DNA of 64,000 nucleotides from the NCBI GenBank assembly GCA_020137815.1, contig CM035362.1, forward strand, positions 5,642,001 through 5,706,000, given 5' to 3'. This stretch comes from Hormiphora californensis (taxonomy: Eukaryota; Animalia; Ctenophora). The position numbers were made by a program, and so were the translations under genes. The notes beneath the pieces are model-generated. The model did no database searches. It had not been told where the DNA came from and saw only the letters and a list, made by a program, of their open reading frames with translations. Shown here piece after piece: positions 39,940 to 55,345 of the stretch (the stretch's first letter is position 1; every line of letters begins with the position of its first letter).

Positions 39940-40602
39940 TATATCACGCTTACTGCTGTTACATGTTATATAATAATATCTAGATCTGCTAAGAGGGGAT
40001 CGTTTGTTAGTGGTCAACGAGTTGATATAATTACTAAGATGTACACTCTCCCGCGGAGTTGTATCAAGGGGTATGTATACGAGCGGGGTATTAGCCATCA
40101 GGGGGTGTATACTATACGAGTGGGGTATTAGCCATCAGGGGGTGTATACTATACGAGTGGGGTATCAGGGGATTTCCGGGGAGGGGTGAAAAGGGAGCCA
40201 GCTGGGGAAACTGAAGGAAAATGAGAACAACCGGGGTTAACTGACCACTGAAACAAGTTTAATTCGTTGGAAAGGGAAAAAAATTCATTACAACTTTGTA
40301 CACATATAAGTTAATAAAATCACAGGTGTCATACAAAGTAGAATATATGGCGTCATTATGGATGCTGATATTTACACAGTGTGAGATATGAGTCATAGGA
40401 ATTTATAAATACATGATCATCTGTACACTTAATAAATTAACTATTTCTACACTTTTTACATAAATCAGATATACTGTCGCTATATTTCATGCTCAAAATG
40501 TCTGTTCATTATGAATGGTATTATATATATGATCGAATACCTCTGATTGAATCTTCCAATTCCTTATTGGGTAGAGCATTGCCACCGATAACTTTGCGAC
40601 TG

Positions 40603-42575
40603 CTACGTGTATAGGAACTCTCTCTCAATACTATCAATCAGCTCCTCATCCCCATCATCAAGGGGTCCTCCTCTGGTCCCGCCACCGATACCTCGGGTAC
40701 TAGAAGGAAACAAATGAAAACAAGTGGTTTTACCAGACAATTGTTTCTGCTCTCGGTCCTGGATCGATTGAGCTCTCTCGAGTGAATCGACTACTCACAT
40801 TGTACTAGAAGGGAACACTGATCCCGCGGTACTGCGTGCAACTATTCCCCCTCCACCCAGACGAGTAGAGGAAGTCGAGGAAGGGACGGCTCGCACTTCG
40901 TTAACCATTTTGAATTTGTTGGGATCAAATCTGCAGATCGGGGAAATAAAATTTGAACATATATCAGTAACTGTCTGTTTTTTCTCTTATCTCTGAGTCT
41001 TTACTCTTATCTTAAAGTTTCTCAGTCGAACATAATATGTGATGGGTGAAACAGGCGTGGGAAGAGAACTAAAAATTAACCAGACTGACAGTAAGATCTT
41101 GATAATATCATGTCAATTCGGAGATAAGACCCACGCTTGTTTCACCCATCACCTACGTCAATTCGGAGATAAAACTCAGAAACTTTCAGTCTGTCAGTCT
41201 GGTTGTCTATATGATGTTCGTTGCCTGGCTAGACTGTGTTTCGGGCGCCCCGCCCCCGAATCACATGTAAAACATAACAAGATGTTCGGTCAGTATCATT
41301 ACAACATGACGTTCTCATGTCGGACTGTCTGTCTGTATCTGTTTCCTCTCATGTCTATTCCTGCTCACCAGGAACCGACCGAAACAAGTAAACAACCAAT
41401 CAGAACTCGTTATTTAGGTCACGTGACTGGTTATCATCCAATCAGGGACCAGTATTTCCTGCTGCTCACCTGGCTGTGTTACCTCCTCCAAATCCGCCTT
41501 CTCTTGGAAAAGTGCCAATAGCCACACCACTCAACCCACTCGTCCCAGTGTTCCTACTGAAGATCTGTGACTCTTGCTGTTGCAGTTGAGATCCAAGCAA
41601 CACAAACTTATCCTTCTCTGGGGGGGGGGGGGGTTTAGATGGTGCAAACTTGTACTTCTCTAGGCGGGGGCGGGGGTTGGGTGTTAGATTTTGGTTTTTT
41701 TTGGACATTTCAGTTAACTCGAATATTTCAATTTCTTTTACAATCTGGCACATTTGCACGTCACAGAGCAGCAATGGAGTATCATTAGACAGAAAAAGAT
41801 TTCTCAACTTACTAAGTAGAGAGGCAACATTGGCATCGTATCGGGGTTTGGGGGCAGCGTCACTGTGACGATTGAACACTCCGGAGTAGTGTGACACTTC
41901 CTCGGTGGAGGAGGTACCATTACCGGCCGAGTTGAACCGACCTGAGGAAGATAATGTATTGGGAATACTTGAAATGAAATGTTTTGTCATTGTACTAATA
42001 ATGTATAAAATGAATGCATAAATTATGTATACTAAGTATACATATAGCAGGAGTGTATATCAGTATACATAATTAGATAATTACAACTCACCCGATTTAT
42101 CTCGTGATTGGTTATAAAAGTTCTGGCTCTTTGTGAACGACATTCCACTAGCCGGGTTAACAGAAGAAATATTGGAGGTAAAATTGTTAGAGTAACCACC
42201 TCCATTTTCCTTTCGTGGTGATGCCGTTTTAGTGACATTATTCTGATCGAATTTTAGTGGTTGCCTGGCGACTTGAGGACGGTTCTGCAGAGGCGGTGTT
42301 GTTTTCACAACCGTGTTGTTGTTGAAGCTGTTCTCATCACGAGGTGGTCCCACTGGACCAGGCGATGACGTCACTGATGACGTCATATCAGGTCTCATCA
42401 CACCACGGGGTGGCTTGTTAGCAGCAGGTGGATGGTTTGATGAAGGAGCAGGTGAAATGTTTGATGAAGGAGCAGGTATCTCTTCAACAGCATCCTGAAT
42501 CACCATCAGGTTGTCTGTTTGAACTGAGGGAGCTGATTTGACTACCGTCGCCTTCTTAGAACTGCTCCCTCCCAT
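40603..42575 (-). CDS. Orphan protein with N-myristoylation-like start (exons 42092-42575, 41470-41941, 40799-40931, 40603-40699)
   Basis: MGGSSSKK fits MGxxxS; phase-compatible GT/AG joins; ends DEELIDSIEREFLYT*. Confidence 0.6.
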
Positions 42576-43048
42576 AATTCAGTTGAATTGCTGCTGATTA
42601 TTCCTGTTTTAAAGTTGGGTTGTTTGAAAAAGGGTCCGATAAATCCTTGCTGAGTACTCGACAAATCCAGGAATAATTGAGAGATTTTTAGTAGACCTCC
42701 TACATATCACATCAGGATGTAAAACTCATGCTAAAAGAGGACATCTCAATTAAACAATATAATCTGGATAATGCTGGAAGAGATTATAACAGGGCTTAAT
42801 TAACCAATTAACAAGGTTCTAATTAACGGTTAATTGATGAAACTATCAATATCGAATATAATACAAATTAAACTGGATACTATCACATTGTATGAACAAT
42901 ACAACTATCACATAATCTTACTTTTTCCAAAAAGGGACGTCAAAAATCTTCCTCTATTAGAAACAGAATTGTAAGGAGTGGTGCACAAAATATATCACAT
43001 GACCTTACTCAATAGTAAGCAATAATAGGGAATAAATATCTCACTCTC

Positions 43049-43156
<108 letters not shown>

Positions 43157-43464
43157 TCTCTTCGAATAACGTGCAATTATACGTGTATAGAAAGGAACCT
43201 TGGCCCTGCTTCATTCTTACTCAAGACCTTAGATTCGATCAATACACTGTACACTTTCTACTCTAAATCTGGCGCCGCTGACCCCATCTGAGCGCAGAGA
43301 ATCAAATTGGGGTATGGCGCCGCCATATAGGTCTTGAACAACTACAAAGTCTAAACTATAAGAAAAAGAACTCTAAGTAACTAACATTAGGTAGGTAACA
43401 GATTGTACGGCTTGTACGTTTAAAATGCTGCCATGGCAACAATAATTAGCATACACACCGATAT

Positions 43465-43527
<63 letters not shown>

Positions 43528-43569
43528 AGAGAGGGAGGGAGAGAGAGAGGGGGAGATAGAGAGGGAGAT

Positions 43570-43603
<34 letters not shown>

Positions 43604-43639
43604 GGAGATAGAGAGGGAAATAGAGATATATATATGAGG

Positions 43640-44312
43640 CATAAACTCTGGCCACTGGCGCGTTATTTCAGATAACTTTCTCCCAGCGCGCCGCTGGGAG
43701 AAGTTAGCTGGAGTTTATCCGCCGCTGGCGGATAAACTGGTTTAAATCACGACGACGATCCCGAGGCGGAGCCGAGGGAGAGGCGGAGGGGTTTAAACCT
43801 ATAACGTGCCAGTGGTCAGAGTTTATGGGTTATATACCCTGCTTTAGTTGTTTATTTCAAGTATTACACACCAACAAGAGAGAGAACACTAATCAAAAGA
43901 CACAAAGAGAACTGAGAAATAGTTAAAAACACGTCACAATTGAGTGTACACTGTTTGGTAACAGTTACTAAGCAGTTGCTAAGGAAAGAGAGTGAAATAA
44001 ATAGCCTGATAAGGGGCATGTCACAAATAACACAGAGAAAGAGATAGTGAGACAAAAGGGGAGATAAAGAGAGAATAATTGACGGAATGTGTCCTTTCTT
44101 TCTCTCCAATGTAGTGTGTAAGTGTTGCACATAGTGTTCCCTCTGTATTTTAGTAAGAACTGATCATTTACACACACTTTGAATGTTACGTAGGAGTTAA
44201 AAATAAATAACCTGCCAGTGGGAAATAATCTGCCGCTGGACTGGCTGTTTACTGAGAGCGCGCTAGTGGGACTTCTCGCCACTGGCGCATTATTTAAGTT
44301 AGCAGGGTATAT
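43640..44312. mobile_element. Non-autonomous element with nested internal inverted repeats (possibly Crypton-like)
   Basis: ataaactctggccactggc / gccagtggtcagagtttat and tataccctgct / agcagggtata pairs; central cccgaggcggagccgaggg. Confidence 0.4.
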
Positions 44313-44316
44313 ATAT

Positions 44317-45916
<1,600 letters not shown>

Positions 45917-46259
45917 GGTAAATACGTTTTCTCATCATTCATTGGCCCGCAATGTAACAAAAACACACGAATAAGTTAACAAATATCATCTATATATCCA
46001 CTTTGTGAAACTTCCGAATCAAGTCAAGTATAAAGTAGGCATATTAGTAAACGTAAAAAAAGGTTATACAACAGTTTCTAAACTAGTAGTTTCTAAACTA
46101 GGGCCACATTATCAAATTACCTAAGCTAACTCAGTAGAATTGTAGACCGTTATACGGTGTAACAGTACTACAGTCTATGTCATAGTTGTCATTACCATAG
46201 TTACCATTTTTTAATTTACGTTACTATGGTTACCATTTCCCCGGTTACCATGGTTACCA

Positions 46260-46924
46260 TTACGTTGCCCATGCTGCCAGGGCTGCCATGTCCGGATCTT
46301 CTTCTTCCTCTTGGTGACGCGATGAAATTGAAGAAGAGGGAACTGATGGGAGGTCCGGCACAACTGCAGTCGGAATATCCAGGAGCTAAAAGATTGGGAA
46401 TTAAACAAGGAATTAACCCATTATAATTAATCCATAATTAACCCATTACAATTAAACAAGGACGAGAAAAGAGAGCTCTTTTTTCTCTCTCTCTCGAGAG
46501 GATACTATATAAATGGATAATAATTATGTGTAGGAGGGGAAGGGACAGACACACAAAGCTAAAACAGGAGAAACAATAACAATTTCATATCGCTGGTTCC
46601 ATTGTTCACACCAGTTATGTGGGTGGACACTGGAAATGTTACATGTGTCATGTTACACCCACCCACATACACACGACTGGCGTGGACAATGGAACCCCAC
46701 CAGTCTCTACCACATTGTTCAAATAACAATCTTACGCAACTTAAAACCGGTTTCAAGTTTCGTAAAATTGTTTTTGTTTCTCCTGTTTCTAACCCTTGAT
46801 TTGTGATTTTAACGATTTTAAACATCATGATAGAAAGCAAGCATGCATGGAAGTAGAGAATGTGTGTGGTAGTATGCAGCTTGAATAGTGGCGGTAGTTC
46901 AGAGAGAGAGAGAAGAGAGAGAGG

Positions 46925-47021
<97 letters not shown>

Positions 47022-47244
47022 AAGAGAGAATGATGATATTAGATTGAAATGTATTGAAGCAGCATTTTGACTAATGCACTTCCTTTTATTTCTTCTTAAA
47101 GTTTTCCCTCCCCTGACCTTGGCCCTTACTCAAAAACTCTACCCAAAATTCTCTTACTCCCCCATAATATTTAATACGACAGGTTGTGATATTTCTGATG
47201 GGAATTGCTGGCATAAAGTATAATCTCACTGTACAAGGACCTAT

Positions 47245-47331
<87 letters not shown>

Positions 47332-47488
47332 GAGAGAGAGAGAGAGGGAACAGAGGCAGCATGTTGCAGTGGCTAACTGTTCTTAGCAATTGGTGTAAGA
47401 TGTTCAATGTTCAAATATACCTCTTCAATCATTCTATTTCTCTCCATTCCACTCTCTCCCTCTCTATCTCTCTAATCTCTATCTCTCC

Positions 47489-47579
<91 letters not shown>

Positions 47580-48546
47580 GTTTCGGACAGCCGGTAATGA
47601 ACTAAACCAGCTAATGATGTACAGTACAATCAAGTACGAAACTGTACCATCACCAGTTATGTATAATGGATCTAGCTAACTGTTTGGCAAACATACACGA
47701 TTACCATGGTAACCAAACTTGTGTCAACATACACGGTTACCATGGTAACCAAACTTGTGAAATCAACATACACGGTTACCATGGTAACCAAACTTGTGAA
47801 GTGAACAGACACGGTTACCATGGTAACCAAACTTGTGAAGTGAACAAACACGGTTACCATGGTAACCAAACTTGTGAAATCAACATACACGGTTACCATG
47901 GTAACCAAACTTGTGAAGTCAATATACACGGTTACCATGGTAACCAAACTTGTGACGTCACTATAACACAAACACGTACCTGTTCGTCCATTTCTTCCTG
48001 TTCCATTGCTTCAAGTTCTGCCAACAAATCATCTTCATCCATATCGGCACCTGACACATTGGAGAGAGAAATTTAGTGTGGGTCAAGTTGTTGGGGGTAG
48101 ACGGAGTTTGGGTTGTAGGAAGATAGTAATGATAAAGAATGAATACATAATTGATATTAGTGATTAAGATATGTTCTAACCCTCCATTACAGCTCGCAAA
48201 AAGGGGGTCGATCTAGGCAAATTGAAATATATATGTAAATAGTGTGCTGGGGCGGGGCGCGGGGGCTTGTCAACGTACTTGAATACAGACAAACCCACCA
48301 AGTACACTAGAACAGATTTACAAACTTAGAGAACACAGACAAATTCACAAACCCACTAAATACATGTACATTTAATGGAACATGACAGACAAACGTACCG
48401 AATGCCTGGGGGCTACTGATTGCTGATGAAATTTCGTTTGCTAGTTCTTGTTGCTCCTGTATGTCATCCATCAAATCGTGTACCTGGGAATACGGATAGA
48501 GATCAGAGAGGGAGAGAGAGGGTGAGAGAGAGAGATAGAGATCAGA

Positions 48547-48639
<93 letters not shown>

Positions 48640-50107
48640 AGAGAGGGTGCAGTGAGGGTGAGAGAGCGAGAAAGAAAGAGAGGGGGAAGATGTAATTTTT
48701 CCAGTAAAATCTTTGAGTCGGACCTTTATGATCGTGGGATGTCTCTGACGCAGTAGTAGTAAGTGTACGAGAGAGAGGGACGAGAGAGAGACAGATTATG
48801 TCAAATATGGAATTGTACTTGACATGTAAATCCCTGGCCCTCCCACGAAGGAAGCAGCTCCCAGAAGAGCTTTTACCATAAAACCGCCAAAGTATCGTAC
48901 TGATTTATTAAAAGTCAAGAAAAAGCAGGCGAAATATAATCAGTACGTTATCGTCGAGTCACGATCGCTATACAGTCGAATAACACAACCACATAACACG
49001 ACTTCTTCTTCTAAATAATACCCCAGCACTATCTGATCAGATAACCTGTCTGACTATTTAACAGCTCTTACGTTTTGAAATACTTGAGTTTACTGACCGA
49101 CATCGTTTCGAGCTTTTTGAATGCATAACATTTTTAGGGGAGGAAATGTAATACACCCCATTTTATACCAGAGACAAAAAACTTGTCAATAAAAACCATA
49201 AACAAAGAAACCCCAAAGAATTGAACAAAGAAACCCCAAACAAAGAAACAAACAAACAGAGAAACCCCAAAGAAACAAACAAAGAAACCCCAAAGAAACA
49301 AACAAAGAAACCCCAAACAAAGAAACAACTCATAATAAACAAACAAACAAACAAACAAACAAAAAACAAACAAACAAACAAACAAACAAACAAACAAACA
49401 AACGAACAAACAAACACAAACAAACAAACAAACAAACAAACAAACAAACAAACAAACAAAGTACCTTATCCACATCACCCAAACAAACAAACACAAAGTA
49501 CCTTATCCACATCACCAAGTTCGTTGTGAGCGTTTTTCAGTGCCGCTGCTGCAACACCCATGTTCCTCAACACCTCTGTGTTCGTCGAGGCATTCTCGAG
49601 GGCTTCCCGCTGGAATTCTATCGTACAGAGTGTTCCGTCTATCTTGTTCAATTGTTCCTCGTACCTGTGTAAAGAATGAGATGGAGGGAGGGAGGGAGGG
49701 AGGGATGGATGGAGGGAGAGATCATGGAGGGAGGGATGGAAGGAGGGAGAGATCAGGGAGGGAGAGATCAGGGAGGGAGGGATCAGGGAGGGAGAGATCA
49801 GGGAGGGAGAGATCAGGGAGGGAGAGATCAGGGAGGGAGGGATCAGGGAGGGAGGGAGATATCTGGGAGGGTGTCATACTCATGAAAACTCAGCTGATTA
49901 ATTTGAGAGGTACACATTGTAGGGAGAAGATCTTTGGTACTTTTCCAATCCGGGTTTAGATGAAATGAAGCCACTTTGAATAAATGAGATCAAGAGTATC
50001 AAGCTGTACAGGGATTTGTCTGTAGTATATCTGGCATGGCTCCAATTTTGTAATATTCTTGATAATGTAAATTAAACCACTGTTTAGAAGGAGTGAGAGA
50101 GAGAGAG

Positions 50108-50186
<79 letters not shown>

Positions 50187-51431
50187 AGGCGATTTGTATG
50201 TCTGTCGGCTCCGAACCCACCTGAGTGCCACCAGAGTCTATTATTATTATGTCTGGTGACCAGACATAATAATAACAATTTTGGTCACAGCAATTTCAAC
50301 ATACATGTACTCTACATTCTGTATACCCTCAGCTGACTGTTTACATTTGCATCAAATTTTGATATTATATTATGTCTGCTACTGCATATCTTTAACCGGT
50401 TAAAACTGTTCTTGGCGAGTTTAAAACTTGAGGTCTGACGCCACCAGACAATTGTTTTAACTGATCTGTCTGATCTGTCACAAACATATTATATGGACAT
50501 AAAATATAGAGGTTTAAGATCACTATGATTTGGAAGGGATTCCTGGTAAAGATCACTTTACAATATTTCAATGAAAGGGTACACACGATTAACAGATTCG
50601 GAAGGGTATTATACACACGATTAACACACGATTAACACACGCGATTAACAGATTCAACAACACGAACTTACCAAACAAAAGCGGGACCAGCTAAGTAGTA
50701 AGTATAGCTCTGGAAACGAACGTTTCATAATTCAGTTATTAATACTAATAATGCTTTTGGCCACACGACAAAGTACAGTCGGACCCCGATTTAGGGGCCC
50801 CCGATTTAGTGGCACCCCGATTTAGGGACAGGATCCCCCCCCCCCCCCCCGATATAGGAAATTAACATTATTTGACCCCGATATAGTGGACACCCCGATT
50901 TAGTGGACAAGAGCCTTTCCCCCGAGGGTGTCCCTTATCCCTAAATCGGGGTCCGACTGTATATCTAAACTCACTTCCATTTCCCACTATAGTAATGCAA
51001 TTTTGGAGAGGGAGGGGAAACTATTTGCCTTGGTCGTGTGTAAAAAACAACAAGGGGAAATATATATCGAATAATATCCAACACCAAACGTACCTTCTCT
51101 TTCGTTTCAAAGCGTTAAGGGCGACTCGTTTGTTCTTTAGACCAGCATTCTTGGCCGTCTTCAGTTCTTGTATAATTTTACCCTCCAAAAAATCGGATTT
51201 CTTCTGTAACATGTCTTCCGTACCTGAAAATAAAATTAATTGACTTACTTAATTAATTAATTAATTAACTAATAAAACAGCATAAAATAGCTGTGGGCCT
51301 CAAAATCAAATGAATTGTGAATGTATATTGTATGGTGAACAGAAATCAGAAACACGTTTACCTCGTAACTTTTGAATGGCATCCCCTACCGAAGCCCCGT
51401 CATCTTTCTTTTTCCGACCAAAAAATGACAT
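46260..51431 (-). CDS. CHMP4: ESCRT-III Snf7/CHMP4 paralog A (6 coding exons)
   Basis: [98 protein letters not shown]. Confidence 0.92.
47690..47955. repeat. 39-bp intronic minisatellite with the palindrome GGTTACCATGGTAACC in nearly every unit
   Basis: About 7 tandem units. Confidence 0.95.
50776..50959. mobile_element. Tc1/mariner (pogo-like) MITE; related copies at 23386-23467, 39334-39450, ~55350-55390, ~21930-21980
   Basis: TA|CAGTCGGACCCCGATTTAG...CTAAATCGGGGTCCGACTG|TA. Confidence 0.85.
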
Positions 51432-51837
51432 CCTGGAGGCTCAAATTGTGTTAACAGTTACCATAACAACACGAAGTTACCATGGTAACATCGCGTTCCT
51501 AACATATATTGAAAGATTGTAAAAACACATGCTTTTTTCTGTAAAACTTCATAATCATATTGACACTATGTAAACAGACATTGACACTAACGATATATAT
51601 CGTATTTATTGCTAACACGCCCTTATCTAATACCATCCTGTGGTATTATAGTGTAATGGTAACCATGGTAACACGTGGTTAACATGGTAACACACACTGC
51701 TCCCATGGTAACACACACTGCCCCCATGGTAACACACACTGCTCCCATGGTAACAGTCACACTTACACACGGTCTCCTGTTACATATATATATCCCTACA
51801 TATTATTATGTTACGCTATTTATTTACACAAGCCCAC

Positions 51838-51916
<79 letters not shown>

Positions 51917-52458
51917 TGTGTGTGAGATGAGACACCCTCACCATCTACACACTGTTTCTCGGAAGAAAAATCTAAAATATAGTTTGTCTTTGCTCGATTA
52001 AAAAACCTAAAAAAGATAAGTAACGTAGATCGATATCTATATTATAACGCATGGTTACCATTTCATGGTTACCAAGGTAACTGCGGTTACCATGGTAACC
52101 ATCAAACAGTAACCATGGGATTTAAAAAGTAATCCTTAAGAAAAATATATGACACACGTTTGATTAAGTGATTTTATGAGAATAAAGCTAAAGGACTACT
52201 GTGGACCGATTGCGAATTAGAAAAGATCAAGACCAAAGAATTCCTCTGAATTTTTGAACAACTAATTATTCTTTAATTATTCTTTAGTCCTTTTTTTCTG
52301 CTCCATCAAAAAAACACAATTTCAGTTCCATGTTCTCACATGCCTCAAATACAAACAGAAAAGATTCGCCCTGCAGTGATGATGATGTGAACACACAAAA
52401 AGGGTAACCAATAGTTACGTTACTATGGTTACCATTCCCCCGGTTACCATGGTTACCA

Positions 52459-53792
52459 TTACGTTGCCCATGCCGCCAGAGCTGCCATGTCCGGATCTTC
52501 CTCTTCCTCGTGTGTCGTTGTAGTGGGTTGAGCAGTGGGTACGGAGGGAAGGTTGAGGGCCGCAGAGGGAATGTTCAGTAACTGAGGGGAAGTGCAGGTG
52601 TTATAGTGACGTCACTAAGACAGAAACACTGTTTGTTACCATGGTTACCATCAATAGAAACCTTCTCGTCACCATGGTTACCAACAATAGGAACCTTCTT
52701 GTCACCATGGTTACCAACAATACATACTTGCTCGTTACCATGACAACGTACCTGTTCGTCCATATCTTCTTGTTCCATTCCCTCCAACTCGGCCAATAAA
52801 TCATCCTCATCGACATCTTGGTTGAATCCAATGGGGTTGCTAATTGCCTCGGAGATCTCGTTAGCAAGCTCCTGCTGCTCCTGTATGTCGTCCATCAAAT
52901 CTTGAACCTGTGTGGGAGATTGTAAGGTTAAAGAGGTCGTCCATCAGATCTTGAACCTGTGTGGGAGATTGTGTGTGAGTGTGTGGGAGATTGTGAGGTT
53001 AAAGAGGGTTTCAAATTGAAATAATTTAATTGAGGCCGTGATCTGTATGGCGCAGCCAGACCCCGTTTTGACAATGTGCTCAGATCGCGCCCGCACCGCC
53101 AGACAGGCCGTGATAGAGTACACAATTAAAAGATTGAGTTCCTGTAAAAATATAAACTTGGCCATTACCTTATCAATGTCTCCAATCTCCTTGTGTGCAC
53201 CTTCCAAAGCCTTGGCAGCGAATCCCATTGTCTTTAGGATCTCTGTGTTCGTCGAGGCATTCTCGAGGGCTTCCCGCTGGAATTCTATCGTACAGAGTGT
53301 TCCGTCTATCTTATTCAATTGTTCCTCGTACCTGTGTAAAGAAAGAAAGAGGTGGGTCAGAAAGGATGGATTGAAGGGGGAGGTGGGGTTAGAAACAATG
53401 TTTTCCAGGAAGAGAGGGTTCGTAAAGGTTGGATTGCTGGGGGGATTCAAGAAATATGGTCTTGATACTGGGAGGATGTGATGGAAACTAACCGTTTCTT
53501 CCTTTTTAAAGCGTTCAATGCCACCCTCTTGTTTTTTGTTCCCGCTTTCTTAGCAGTCATCAGTTCCTGAGAAAATGAGTGAAATTAGCATAGTACATAA
53601 AACTAAAATAGGCCAAAATATTCCTGGCCTATTTCCAGAAAATACACGTGTGTCAACACATACCTGTGTAATTTTCCCTTCTAAAAAATCAGTTTTCTTC
53701 TGTAGCATCTCCTCTGTTTCACGGAGTTTTTGGATCGCCTCTCCCGCAGTTGGGGCTGCATTCTTCTTCTTTCCACCAAAGAGAAAGGACAT
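52459..53792 (-). CDS. CHMP4: ESCRT-III Snf7/CHMP4 paralog B (5 coding exons)
   Basis: [71 protein letters not shown]. Confidence 0.93.
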
Positions 53793-54695
53793 GGCAGCTA
53801 GATAGTGATTGGGTGAGAGAGAGAGGAAGATAGGGGGTAGGGTGAGAGAGGGAGAGGGAGAGTGATGGGGTGAGAGAGGGAGGGGGAGAGGGAGTGAGAG
53901 GTAGGTATAGTAAGGGAGGGGAGGAAATGGAGCGGGTAAAAGGTTTTGATATGTGGAGAAGATGAATAATATTAAATGGGATAATATTATGGGACATTGA
54001 CAGCTAGGAAATGGAATAAAAACTAATATAAACGGTTCTAGAACATTTTTAGGAAGATCACAAGGTCACGGATAACCTCAATAGGGGTTGTAGAAAATAT
54101 AGAGAGGACAACAAATAATTATAACAGCTGAGGGGGCTCTAATTTTAGGAAGAGTTCATAGGATGTCTGATAGTGACAGAATACTAAATAAAAGAAAGTA
54201 GAGACCGGGAATGAAAGTAGAGACCAAAACTCGAAAGAGAAAGTAGAGCTGAAATCGAGGGAGAGACACGTCCTCGTAAATGTATATTACACGGACAGAA
54301 TACAAATACGCAAAGAACAATCATCAGAGAGAAAGCACAGAGATAGAGAGAGAGAGATAGAGATAGAAGAAGAAAAACAATTTCCCTTAGATCACGACCG
54401 TGTGAGTAGATTGGTGTATAACACACACACACACTGTAAACACACACAAACCTACGCTGCATACACAAAACTCATTACACAGGAAGCAAAGTGGTGGGAA
54501 GCACATGAATAATACTCATGTACGCATATAAAATGTTTTATCTGCGTATCAGTATGAAAAGGGCACAGATTCTAAAAGACAGAGTGAGACGGTGATGTAA
54601 CAATGTAATTCGAGATGGATCACATTTACTGGTGAGTGTGTGTGTAGCCTTGTGTTGTAGCAGTGATGTAGCCTAGTGATGTAGTGCAATGTTTG

Positions 54696-55345
54696 CTGTT
54701 TGAAAGTAGCACAAGTCTGAACAAGACAGTCTGTTTGAAAGTAGCACAAGTCTGAACAAGACAGTCTGTTTGAAAGTAGCACAAGTCTGAACAAGACAGT
54801 CTGTTTGAAAGTAGCACAAGTCTGAACAAGACAGTCTGTTTGAAAGTAGCACAAGTCTGAACAAGACAGTCTGTTTGAAAGTAGCACAAGTCTGAACAAG
54901 ACAGTCTGTTTGACAGTAGCACAAGTCTGAACCTAGGACAGTCTGTTAGTAGTGCAATTCTGAACAAGACAGTCTGTTTGAAAGTAGCACAAGTCTGAAC
55001 AAGACAGTCTGTTTGAAAGTAGCACAAGTCTGAACAAGACAGTCTGTTTGAAAGTAGCACAAGTCTGAACAAGACAGTCTGTTTGAAAGTAGCACAAGTC
55101 TGAACAAGACAGTCTGTTTGAAAGTAGCACAAGTCTGAACAAGACAGTCTGTTTGAAAGTAGCACAAGTCTGAACAAGACAGTCTGTTTGACAGTAGCAC
55201 AAGTCTGAACAAGACAGTCTGTTTGAAAGTAGCACAAGTCTGAACAAGACAGTCTGTTTGAAAGTAGCACAAGTCTGAACAAGACAGTCTGTTTGAAAGT
55301 AGCACAATTCTGAACAAGACAGTCTGTTTGACAGTAGCACAAGTC
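54696..55345. repeat. 35-bp minisatellite (ctgtttgaaagtagcacaagtctgaacaagacagt), ~18 copies
   Basis: Near-perfect tandem array. Confidence 0.97.

Noticed and set aside
47666-48076. [10 protein letters not shown] repeat protein
   Set aside because: Translation of an intronic minisatellite antisense to CHMP4
54696-55345. 35-bp repeats as CRISPR or as Cys-rich ORFs
   Set aside because: Head-to-tail without spacers; ORFs in several frames are repeat translations
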